A stretch of DNA of 64,000 nt, from the NCBI RefSeq assembly GCF_964204645.1, contig NC_134032.1, positions 11,706,275 through 11,770,274 of the forward strand, read 5' to 3'. This DNA is from Tubulanus polymorphus. Taxonomy: Eukaryota; Animalia; Nemertea. Of the stretch, positions 53,271-64,000 are shown in pieces (the first letter of the stretch is position 1; each line of letters begins with the position of its first letter). Both the position numbers and the translations under genes were made by a program. The notes beneath the pieces were generated by a model. It was not told the origin of the DNA and searched no databases. It saw only the letters and a program-made list of their open reading frames with translations.

Positions 53271-53579
53271 AGGCAAAACATGTCTATAGAACCGGCCCTA
53301 CTTATAGGGTATATACACGTGTATATATGTATATAGGGTGTATTTTGATTCAGTTTAATCCTGTTGCTAGTGAATGAATGCCATATTTAACCTAATTTTT
53401 CTCTGGCGGCGGTCGGTCGGATTAGAATATTTTAGAATGTAACAGATTTTAGATGACAGAACCCCCTCTCCTCCCTGTTAGACTGGATGGTTTCAAATTC
53501 CAAATAATTCAACTACGCAGTTGAAATGAAAATGAAATGATTGATAATGAATTGAATTCAATTCCGAAGTCAAAACAAA

Positions 53580-53837
53580 AAAGGCGCAGATCTAGGGTCC
53601 GATTCAGGAAGGGGTGCACGTAGGGTGTATTGTATAATCAAAACGGCCCCTGAAATAAAAACTCATTCCAAAACATTAACTCATTCATGGAAATACAGAG
53701 AACAAACTTATGAATTTAAACTTTTTTCAGGTATATCAGTTTAACATATTTCATCTTGCTATTAAAACTATGGGCACATTGACTTTTTTTTGGGTGGGGG
53801 GGAGGTTGCACCCCTGCTTCCCTTGGATCCGCCCTTG
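53580..53837. mobile_element. Second copy of the 17359 MITE family
   Basis: Same internal blocks; ends ggatccgcccttg. Confidence 0.6.
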
Positions 53838-54004
53838 TAACTAGTGCCGCCTATTAATGTAAGAACGATTTTACGCTCAAATTCCGATATAAATACGTAT
53901 TGATTTGATAATGTTATAAGTTGTGTATGGTTAATGTGTAATGTGTCAAATGAAGTGAAGAGCTGAAACACGTTCATATTTACTCAGCATATTCATTGCG
54001 TATT

Positions 54005-54460
54005 GATCTGTCTCAACGGGAGGGCCATCTCCCCTCACTCATCTTTTGTACTCTCCGTCGGCACGGGGGTCATCGATCCCACTCATCTCTACTCTCTCTG
54101 TCGGCAGGAGGGTCATCTCACTTATCTCTACCCTCCCTGTCAGCAGCAGCGCCATCTCTCCTCCCTCCCTGTCGGCAAGAGGGTCACACTATACTGCCAT
54201 CTTCCTTTCCCCCCTCCTCCGTAGTGTCTGAAGAGGAAAGTCACTCTAAACTATCATCTCTCCCCTCTCATCTCTACCCTCCTTCTGAACAGTGGGTCAC
54301 ACAAAAATGTATGTCTCTTTGCTCCCACTCCCTATCCTCTCCCAATGATAAGGGTCACATGAAACTCATTCTCCCCTTCTCAAATCTCACTCTCCCTCTC
54401 AACAGTGGGGGTGGGGGGTTCACAAAATCTATTATCTTTCCTTCACCCTCTCCTCTCTAA
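54005..54460. repeat. Pyrimidine-rich degenerate ~50-bp tandem repeat (..gggtcac..)
   Basis: gtcggca / gggtcac anchors recur. Confidence 0.65.
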
Positions 54461-55828
54461 ACGCGTGGATCATGTACGAACTTAAATCAATATCTATGAA
54501 CTTCATTTACGAACTATGAACTTGCCTCCATTAATGTCGTAGTAAACCGACACGATTTGTCAACTCGGCGTCGATGAAGTGGAAATGAATGTTGAAACCG
54601 TGCCGGGGTCGCTGGGTCCTGTACGCTGTTTCACGCTGTCATAAAATAAATCACGATCAAGTTTGACGAGGCCATAAAAGCGTAGTTCATAGACGTAGAA
54701 ATATGTTGAGAGTTCCATCATCTTGGGCCCCGAACGTATTCGCCTAATAATACGTTAGGATTTCTGTCCACGATGCATGCATTTTCATATTCTCAGCTGA
54801 TTTTAAGGACTCTTAATTCTTCAAGATAACCCCAGAAATACCCCCCCCCCCCGTTAGTTTCATGTCTACAGCACTCGCATTCCTTATATTTTACGTCTCC
54901 ATAACAATTGTGATGGTTTAATTCAAAGATCCAACTCCAGTCCCACAGATACTGGTTACGCATTAGTTGAAAATGAACTAATTTGACTCGAGAATTGATT
55001 CTTAACTTTGCCCGATTGAACCGAGAGTTGATTCTGATCTCAGTCGGGGCTGCTGCGATATAGATGTCGTCCGTCTGCTCTCACTCGACGTTAAACTAAT
55101 GACATCTATTAGACAAAACAAACACTAAACCGTCGACGGTACTCTCGGGGTTGACGAAGCCGACTATACCGAGTATGTGATTGAGAGCGAGGAGTCCGCG
55201 CGTGCCCGGGGGTACTTCACATAGAGCTCGCTGACACATCAGTGATAGAGTCGCTGAGGATGAAAGCGACGATATTGAGGAAAATGAGAAGGAATAAATA
55301 TATATATATATATTATTACATCTGATATGAATTGGCTCGTGGCCAATTATGGCTTGTTGTCCCAGCTTTGCGCAGAGTACAAGTGGTTGTGTGTATATAT
55401 ATATCGCTCTGTAGTCGTCTCCCCGGAGGTTGTGGGGGCGACGAGACTTTTGAGATAAACATACTGGCTATATTATACCATCGCTCTCTTTTTTCGCCCG
55501 AGATCGTTGTTTGTTGAAGCAAGCAATTTGTCTTTAGTTTCGATGATTTTTGATGATCATGTTACTCTACAGGATCCAGACTTAGATTTCCGATCGATCG
55601 AAGCTCATTTCGGCTCGATACAGCCGACTGCGCTACCTAAGGTTTATGTCCACCATCTTGGAAGTCCAACCGGGGCGCTGGGTTCGACGGTTCATAAGGA
55701 AATCCGTTGAATCTCAAGATTTCGAAGCCCTTTAAAACGCAGTTTTTGATTTGTTATCAGAATTATTGTAAATGGTACATCATAATTTTACGTATGGCTA
55801 ATTTTTCTTCTCTTTCTATATTTTGCAG

Positions 55829-55874
55829 TGATAATCCGCCGTCGAGCCATGCCGGAAATAAGAGAGCGCCGAAG
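55829..55874 (+). CDS. KIF13: KIF13-like, probable coding exon 3
   Basis: Strong acceptor ttttcttctctttctatattttgcag and donor AAG|gtaaga. 46 nt, phase 2 to 0, (S)DNPPSSHAGNKRAPK, ending in the xPK that precedes VFAFD in KIF13. Exon 4 was not found in the window. Confidence 0.78.
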
Positions 55875-56030
55875 GTAAGATTTCATTTGAAAGTGGTTTA
55901 TCCTTTCAATGCCTCAGGTAGAACGTTTAGACAATCTAGACCGGTCTTATTTAATGCTTAAATTGTGAAACTTGGCTAAGTTGCACAGCTAAAGTCAATC
56001 TGACAATTTAAGACCAGTCTAAGTCATCTG

Positions 56031-56168
56031 GGGCCAGTTGCACAGTTGTGACTTAAGTCAAAAAGTGGTCTTAAATCTTAAGACCAGTCTTAAGTTGTTA
56101 GATTGGCTATAGAACTAAGTTGGTCTTAGACTGGTCTTAAGTCTAAGCCATGACTATGCAACCGGCCC
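56031..56168. mobile_element. 138-bp Harbinger-like MITE with CTG target duplication
   Basis: CTG|gggccagttgca...tgcaaccggccc|CTG. Near-identical copy at 62551-62688. An inverted copy follows immediately (~56172-56307). Confidence 0.85.
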
Positions 56169-57019
56169 CTGGGCCCAGACTAGTCATGGCTTAGACTTAA
56201 GACCAATTTGCAACCATCTTAGTTCTATAACCTATCTAACAACTTAAGACGAGTCTTAAGGTTTAAGACCATTTCTGGACTTAAGTCTCAACTGAGGAAC
56301 TAGCCCCCTGATTCTGATAGCCATTTTCATAACTTCAGACCATAAGACCAGTCTAAGGCGGTTTAGATTCAGCCAATCTGACAACTTAAGACCAAAAGCC
56401 GGCATCTCTAGAATTTGTAGCCAGTTTGACAGCTTAAGACCAGTCAAAGCTGGGTTCGAATACCCGATCTGACAACTTAACTCTAGGTTCTATAGCCAGT
56501 CTGATTACTTAAGACCAGTCTAAGCTTGTTTGAATTCTAGTTCTCGGCCATCTCACTTCCGAAGCCTATCAGAAACTTAAGACTTAGGCCAAAATTAAGA
56601 GTGGTCTTAAGGTTAAAGACCATTTTTGGACTGAAGTCGTGACTAAATTTGGACCTCGGGCTCGAAAATGAGATGGGATATCCGGGTCTGGGCTGTCCGT
56701 TGTAAGGTATTGTATAGTGCGTCTGCTTTGAGCCCCGGAAAGATATAAATAGATGTAGTCAATATGCCACTGATATTCACTTCTATATAACAAGATGAAT
56801 GGAACTCACAAATTTTCTCCGTGCGACGCCCGTCCTACAGTTAATCAATTGAGTTTACTGTTTCTTACCCGTAATCGATTTCCTTCCTCTTCGCTCTATC
56901 CTCCTCTTCTTCGCGGCTTTCTCCTCTAACGTCGTTGTCGTCTCTCGTTGCCAGAAACGTTTTAAACGGCGTCGTGATTTATGACGTTCGGTTTTTGACA
57001 TCTTCGATCTTTGCTTTCG

Positions 57020-57610
57020 GTTTAGTTATCTCCGTGCTTTCCCTTCTTACCCTCTCACACCCTCTACCTTATCCCCTCATCTACCCCTCGCCCTTCCATT
57101 CTTATCTTAATCCCCTTCCCTCCCTCTTCCCCATCTAACTCATCTACATCAATACCCCCATTGCCTCCCTTTCCTTACACTTAGAGTTTAGTTATCTCCC
57201 TGCTTCCCTTCTCTCACCCCTTCTACCTTATCCCATTCACCCCTCTATTCCGATCCCCTCTCCTCCCTCATCTCCATCTAACTCATCTAGCTCTACGTCA
57301 ATATCCCCATTCCTTCCCTCTCTTTCGAGTTTAGTTATCTCCCTAATCCCACTCTCAACCCTCCATTCTTATTTCTTCCCCTCCCTATTCACACCAATAC
57401 ACTCTCATTTTCTCCCTCTCCCTTTCAAGTTTAGTTAGGCCCTAATCCCTTCCCCTCCCCTCTACTCTCCTTTTTCTCTGGCTTTACGTTTAGTTATCTC
57501 CTTGCACCCCTTCTCCTCATCCCTTCTACCCTCATTTGTCTCCCACCCTCCATTCTTTTCTCCTCTTAGTTCCTCTAGCTTCGAGTTCTTCCCCTCTCCC
57601 CTCATCTATC
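57020..57610. repeat. Pyrimidine-rich tandem repeat anchored on gtttagttatctcc
   Basis: Anchor at ~57020, 57186, 57329 and 57488, with a variant at 57429. Confidence 0.75.
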
Positions 57611-59094
57611 TCTCCCACACCGATACCGTGTCTCTATCCCTCGCTCTCTATTCCTGTTTGAGCTATCTCGCCGAGGATCGCGACCGATCGTTTGAGATAT
57701 CGATCGCTGAATTATTCGATCAATCATTATTCGATAGCGAGAGCCGTTTGATACGAAGACGTTTCTTAAACCGACGCGAAGGTTTCATCTTTAATCCACC
57801 GCCACATTAACCTCCCCCCCCGCTCTCCTATAGCTGTCTTTCAAACATAAAGATCGTAATCTTTCGCTTAACCTTTCCTGAACTTAAAGCACGATTTATT
57901 TTCTCTTGCCCTTAGAGCACCGCACCGGCTACATGGGTCCTAATCTTCCCACCAGAATCTTGGATCTAGTTCTGCAGTTCCCTCGTTAAAATACGATTTC
58001 TGTCCCTGTCTATCAGTCATATATCTCATTGATGTTAGAATTTGGCCCTATAAAGAGTTAAGACATCCGAAATGTGTTGATTCTAACTGTGAAATTTTGA
58101 TTTGGATCTTCCAAGGCCAGTTTCGAAGTCGTTGCTTTGACTTTAGACCAGTCTTTTACCATTTTAGTTCTATAGCCAATCTCACAACTTAGGACGAGTC
58201 TCAGCTCATTTCGGTTCTACAGCCAATCTAAGAACTTAAGATCAGTCCAAGTTCATATTGATTCTCTAGCCAATCGCACTACTTAAGATCAGTCTAAGCT
58301 CATTTTGGTTCTTAGCTAATCTAATAACTTAAGACCTGTCGAAACTCATGTCAGTTCTATAACCAATCTGATAAGTAAAGGCCAGTTTTATACAATTTAA
58401 GACCACTTTTATGGAATTTGCCGAAGGGTTGACCCGAACCGTAGCGCCCATCCAACCACGTCGATTCTCTATATAAGATTAGGCCGAAACGAATTTGTAG
58501 ACAATCATAGATCTGAAGTCAAGGTATCGCGTTTAGCCTCGGGTCGATTGCGAGGGTAAGAAGAGAAACCGCTCGACGAAAATCACATTTAATACGGACT
58601 TTTCATCTGCTCGCGTAAACACACGCCGACCGGGGAGAGGAAGTTATCATCATTGTCGTCATCGTCGTCGTCGACGGCAACGACGAGGTATATCGCCGAC
58701 GGCGACCGTTAGGTTAGCAGACGGAAAAATGGCCGCACGACGCGGAAGCGATCGTAACGACGGCGAAAACCACAAACGGAAATGAGTAGTGGTTATTTTC
58801 GTTGAATTATTCAATATTCGATGTTTTTATTATGAGTGGGCGACCGATCGGTCTTTACCGAACTTAGAGGCAAACGTTCTTTGAAAAATCTGGCGGTTAT
58901 TACCATGGTAACGATGATCATATAGGCCTATATATACGAGCGTGTGGTCGTCCGAGTCTTGGTCAGACTTTCTAGAGAAAAGTAGCTATAAGCCCCTTCC
59001 CAGAAGTGATAACTGCTTCCCCGAATAATACCCAACCTGACGTGACAAATTACCAAGAAAGTGACTTGGTATATATAGAACGTTCCTTGGAAAG

Positions 59095-59710
59095 ATGGCT
59101 GCCTTCATCAGTCTCCCTATGACATCATCAAAAATGACGGAAGATAGCAGTTTGACCTATAGAATCTATTGACCCTTTAAAGAACGGATGCCTTCGTAAA
59201 TCTCCTTATGACATCACCAAAAGTGATCGTGAGAGTGAATTGATTTTTTTCCTCAAAAAGACGGATGCCTTCCTAAAATCAATTATGTCTTCATCTCCCT
59301 ATGACATCATCAGAAATGATCAAGAAAGAGAATTGATCTATAATTGAACCATGAATAGATGAATAAACCTGTTCCATAAAAGGAGAGCTGCTTCCATGAA
59401 TCTCCCTATGACATCATCAAAAATGACGAAGGTAGCGGTTTGATCTATAGAATCTATCGACCCTTAAAAAGATGGATGCCTTCATGAATCTCCCTATGAC
59501 ATCAGAAAAGACCAAGAAATCAAATTGATGTTTACTATTTTAAATCTCCCTATGACATCATAAAAAATGGCGAAGATAGTTAATTGATTTTCTTTCTCAA
59601 AAAGATGGATGCCTTCATGAATCTCCCTTTGACATCATCAGAAATGATCAAGAGAATTGATCTGTATAGTTTCTTCCACGAAAGGATGGCTTTCAATAAA
59701 ACACCCTATG
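59095..59710. repeat. Tandem repeat with core atctccctatgacatcatca
   Basis: About seven cores at variable spacing. Confidence 0.85.
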
Positions 59711-61039
59711 CAGTAATCTAATCTTGTGGTAGCAAACAAAGGGTTAAAGATTCACCCTCTTATGTTGATACCTCCGCCTATATGAAACCGGTCTCTGACC
59801 ACACGTTGTAAAACTGGTCCCTGATTTGTTGCTTATCGGAAATATTCGTTTCATCAGTTAAAATCACTCAACCCGAATAGAAAATATTGATAAGCGTTGA
59901 ACTTACCCCGGTTTTACCCTCTAAATATTATCATCTTATCGCTATTGAGAGATAAGCGTGTACACTGGCTTACAGTGAGAAGAACGTTTCAATTTCCGAT
60001 TTCAATTTCGTCGAGCATCAAACGTTTTAAAGCGAATGAATATCGATGTATCGCAATCCCTTTTACGCTTTCAAATATCAATTTAATCTTGTCGGAAAAT
60101 CGAAATTTCAAATATTTCGAGTGTAGGATTAGGAGAGAGAGAGAGAGGGAGCGAAGTTGGTCGATTATCTCCAAGCTTTGATCATCGTTTGCTTTTAATT
60201 TTTTACGAAAACAGTGAACTTTCTAAATTTTGTCAAATAGAAATATCTGGATATTTTTTTGATCTTAAAATAGGGATTGTCCCTGTTATTTATTTGGTTG
60301 GTAAATTTCGTTTGATTTTCTGATTGAGTGTCCGTTACAGACCCACCACACCTGCTGGGAGCGAAACAGGGGGTTTGATTTTGAAATCGGAAATTGAAGT
60401 ACGGATATAGTTGTGTGATCGGCGGTCGAGTTTACATATTTTCTGGATATCTGAAAATCTGGATATTAGAAGTATGGATTGATTTATCTGAATTAAGATT
60501 TAACTCTGAGTTAAATCATTGAAAATGAACTAACTTTAACTCAGAGTTAACTCTAACTCACAACTGTCGAACTGGGCCCTGAACTGTTAATTGAACCTCG
60601 AAAACCCTTAAAAACCCTTAAATCTTCGGCTTTTCTCATTCTTATGAAGTAAGGCTTTTTTTTTTTTTAATTTGATGATAGATCAGTCGCGAATAACTTC
60701 AGAACAAATGAAAAAGGATGTAGACTTTTCAAATTCTTTTATCCCTCCTCCCCTGGAAATGAATTAGCTAAATATCCATCATCGGAGTTTAAAGAGGCCG
60801 TAGAAATATATGACCATCAACGAGGCCGATGTGCTAGACATACATTGACACGCCGGAAATGAGTTTGTCACTCGCGAACAAATCTGATCAATCACTGGGA
60901 ATTTATATAACACAAGTTTTCTGTTCAGAAGCACATTTTCATCGAAATTACTTTAAGAATTCTTTCCCCACTCCCCCCTAAGCCGATGGTAAAGGTAAAA
61001 AATATAAGTATAAAAAATTTGTTCCCACTTTGAAAATGT

Positions 61040-61305
61040 CGCTGTACAAAAAATTTTGCATCCAAGTTATCTAAAAGCAGGCCTTATTAGATTTTGCTGG
61101 TGGTATAGGTAGAAAACATGTTTTTGAAAAACAAGTTTTCTTCCTGGTATTGAGGCGATAAAAACCATCCTCCGAGTTATCTAAAGAAGTCCTTATTAGT
61201 CTTCTCTTGCGGTATACCTAGGTGAAAAATATTTTTTTCTATTATGCAAAACAAGTTTTCCTCCTGGTAATTTAGCTATAAAAATCTGTCCTTTGAGTTA
61301 TCTAA
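61040..61305. repeat. ~110-125-bp degenerate tandem repeat
   Basis: agttatctaaa occurs three times and aaaacaagttttc.tcctggta twice. Confidence 0.7.
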
Positions 61306-62550
61306 AAAAAATATCCATTGTGGCTGGCTCCAAATATCGGAGCCATCCCTTACTCTACCAGGTAGCTCTGGGCTTGCTCAACATTAGTAGACAATACCCA
61401 TCACGATCATTTCTCAGGATTTTATTTTAATCTTTTGAACAGAATTCTGAAAATAGTCGGGTTTTAAACTTATCATCTGTTCTCCACATCAGAATGTGGC
61501 TATTCTACCATTCTCAGGATCTAGGATTTCTTAGGATAGGAAAAATTGATCAGAGACTTTTCTACCATAATCAAAACGTTTAATTATCTATTTGAAAAAA
61601 GTAGTCTGAGCCGAGTTTCATAAAAAGGTTTAACTCTTTAAATCGATTTAAATTCATCATTAATTCCGTTTATCTTAAATCAATATAGTCCTTAATCGTT
61701 TTTGTGAAACTGGGCCCAGCTTCAATGATAACCTGTTACGTATTCGCAGTGAAGAGATTTTTTGTTCGAAAATGTAAATATCTATTTACACGTAATAAAC
61801 GTTGCGATATCGCGATAGTGATAATTAGTAGCGATCACACTGACAGTATTACGATTGCGTAACGACCGATAATCCTTCTGCTCGAGCGCGTGCGTACGTC
61901 TGCTGGTCGTCATGGCGACAAGACGGCATAAGTAAATTTGCATGCCCGCGAGCTTTTCGTTCCTCGTCGATGTCGAAAATTGTGTTTTCGTTTTTTTTTC
62001 CCGCCGGTTCGTTCGTTTGTCGGTTATTATTATTTTTACGGTCGTCATCGTCGTCGTCGTCGGCGGCAACGATAGCGTACGGACGGCAATCTTCCGTTTT
62101 GAAGACGGCACGACGCTCGTTCCCCGGGTGCAACACGGATTCCTCGTTAGCGCCACCTGGATTTTCGCGTCTACCTCGATCGTCGCGCGTCGGTGCGATG
62201 ATTTATCGCCGTGGTAACCGGCTCAGGAATTAATTACGCCCTTATCTCCGTTATCCACAAATTCTTCGTGTTTTTTTTTTATTTGGGATCGAACGCAAAA
62301 AACGTCGTCGTAAAATTAATGAATTACTCGTAATGCGAAGTACGTGACGAACCGACACGTCTTACGCCCGCCGAGACGATCTTCATTCTAGATTGCGAAG
62401 ATTTTAGATAATTATTCATAGGCTTTATTCCCGAAAGCAAAGTAAACAAAAAAAAAAACAGACTTGATCGTATTCGTAAAGGACTGTCCTAGGAATGCGC
62501 CTTCTTTTCAAATTGTAGATATGATATATAGACTATGAATATAAGTCCTG

Positions 62551-62688
62551 GGGCCGGTTACACAATCGTGACTTAAGTCAAAAAGTGGTCTTAAATCTTA
62601 AGACCAGTCTTAAGTTGTTAGATTGGCTATAGAACTAAGTTGGTCTTAGACTGGTATTAAGTCTAAGCCATGACTATGCGACCGGCCC
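62551..62688. mobile_element. 138-bp Harbinger-like MITE with CTG target duplication
   Basis: Differs from 56031-56168 by only a few substitutions. Confidence 0.85.
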
Positions 62689-62691
62689 CTG

Positions 62692-63463
62692 GGGCCAGTT
62701 GCACAGTTGTGACTTATGTTCAAAAGTGTCCTTAAATCTGTAAGACTGGTCTTAAGTTAATTAGATAAAAACCCACTATGTACAAATTAAAAGAATTTCA
62801 AAATCGAGAATTTATTTGTTCAAAAAATCTAAAATGAAAAACACAACGTTCCGATCTCAGCCTAGAGATCATCGTTCTCCACGTTTCAGTGATGATATTG
62901 TACTATATGGTCTCAAGTTGTTAGATTGGCTATAGAAAGAAGTTGGTCTTACTGTCTGTCACACCTACTCTCCGTGCGACTTTTTTGTCCTTAATTTCGC
63001 ATCAATTTGTTCAGTGAGGAATTTGCATTCAGAAATAAACAACAATTTTCACTTAAGTTGTTTTTGTTTTCATTTATCAGCGATAGTTTACTCAGCATAC
63101 GCTCGCGTAATGCTGAAAAACCCACTCCGCGGACGCTCGGAAACGTTACAGTGACGTCATCACCTGCTCATTAGCATATCAAAATACAGTAGGTGGCGCC
63201 ACGTGACGGGCCATAAAAGCCGTTTTTCAGCATTACGCGAGCGTATGCTGGGTAAACTATCGCTGATAGATGAAAACACAAACAAATTTATGCCAGTTCA
63301 TGTTTTATTTCTGAATGCAAATTCCTTACTGAACAAATTGATGCATAATATTTACAGATCAACCGATTATTAACGCAATTACGGATCATAACGTCGCACG
63401 AAGAGCAGGTGTGACAGACAGTAGACTGTCCTAAAGTCTAAGCCCTGACTACGCAACCGGCCC
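62692..63463. mobile_element. Same 138-bp MITE family, split by two insertions
   Basis: Host pieces at 62692-62758, 62908-62951 and 63422-63463 rejoin to the family sequence; flanked by CTG on both sides. Confidence 0.8.
62952..63421. mobile_element. 470-bp foldback MITE with TA duplication
   Basis: TA|ctgtctgtcacacc ... ggtgtgacagacag|TA. Imperfect inverted arms of about 170-200 bp around a ~100-bp loop. Confidence 0.88.
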
Positions 63464-64000
63464 CTGACTTTTCTCCGCAGTTGAGACTTTTGTCTGATTT
63501 TGTCCTATCCTCCAGTAATATCCCATTAGTAGAGGTTCCTGGTGTGACTTAACAACCCCCTACTACATTCTATCATATAGAGTAATTAAATGTAACACCT
63601 GAAAACGGAGTGCTAGAATATACGTATATACTCATCAGAAAATGAGCTTTGTACTGTTTTCCTCTGTTGTAACTGTTCTGTCATTTCGAAACAAACTCTG
63701 GAGATTTGTGTGGATGGATTCTACCTGAAGCATTGAGAAAAAAAATGATACCAATTGTTTAAATTGATATCATGGGTTTTTATCGTAACCATAAAAAAAC
63801 AGAGCTGACTACAACAAATTCTACCAGAAAAACCTGGACGGAATTTGGATCATGCTATTGACCGCGTGTTTCTTTATCAGTGTGAGTCAATGAAAAATGA
63901 ATGAATTAGAAATTTCCCCGATTCATGTGGGTCACAGTGTGATCACAGGGAAAACTCAGGGGATTTGTAAATGGGCGGAAAGTGGCGGCACCCTGCATGA

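Noticed and set aside
53721-53740. cttttttcag|gtatat as a recursive splice site
   Set aside because: It lies inside a MITE copy and the donor is weak.
58511-58523. 13-nt AG..GT segment with KIF13 exon-3 phases
   Set aside because: No polypyrimidine tract, weak donor, and the peptide (RSEVK) lacks the conserved PK.

Overview
Eukaryotic genomic DNA from an invertebrate bilaterian, probably a lophotrochozoan (inferred from spliceosomal introns, CTCF-like motifs and a Nin/Deu-type SINE). It is not prokaryotic, and I found no CRISPR array, rRNA or convincing tRNA. Three genes can be built by hand. (1) The last coding exon of a Tribbles pseudokinase (+, 17717-18209); no earlier exon was found in the 17.7 kb upstream. 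(2) A complete 5-coding-exon NSMCE2/Mms21 SUMO ligase (-, 27781-24817, 247 aa), convergent with Tribbles. (3) The first three exons of a kinesin-3 of the KIF13 type (+, 29638, 30268, 55829), head-to-head with NSMCE2. The rest is intronic or intergenic DNA full of MITEs (several stacked or nested), MITE- and SINE-derived minisatellites and microsatellites. Most ORFs in the supplied track are noise from these repeats. The most unusual observations are: a 4 x 211-bp tandem array that places three decoy copies of the NSMCE2 exon-2 splice acceptor ahead of the real one; Tribbles-NSMCE2 adjacency, as in human; a cluster of minus-strand splice signals with a 3-nt exon, antisense to the Tribbles 3' region; a candidate 3-nt microexon in KIF13; and an inverted pair of hammerhead-like cores. 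I see no clear-cut novel system; these are the best leads.
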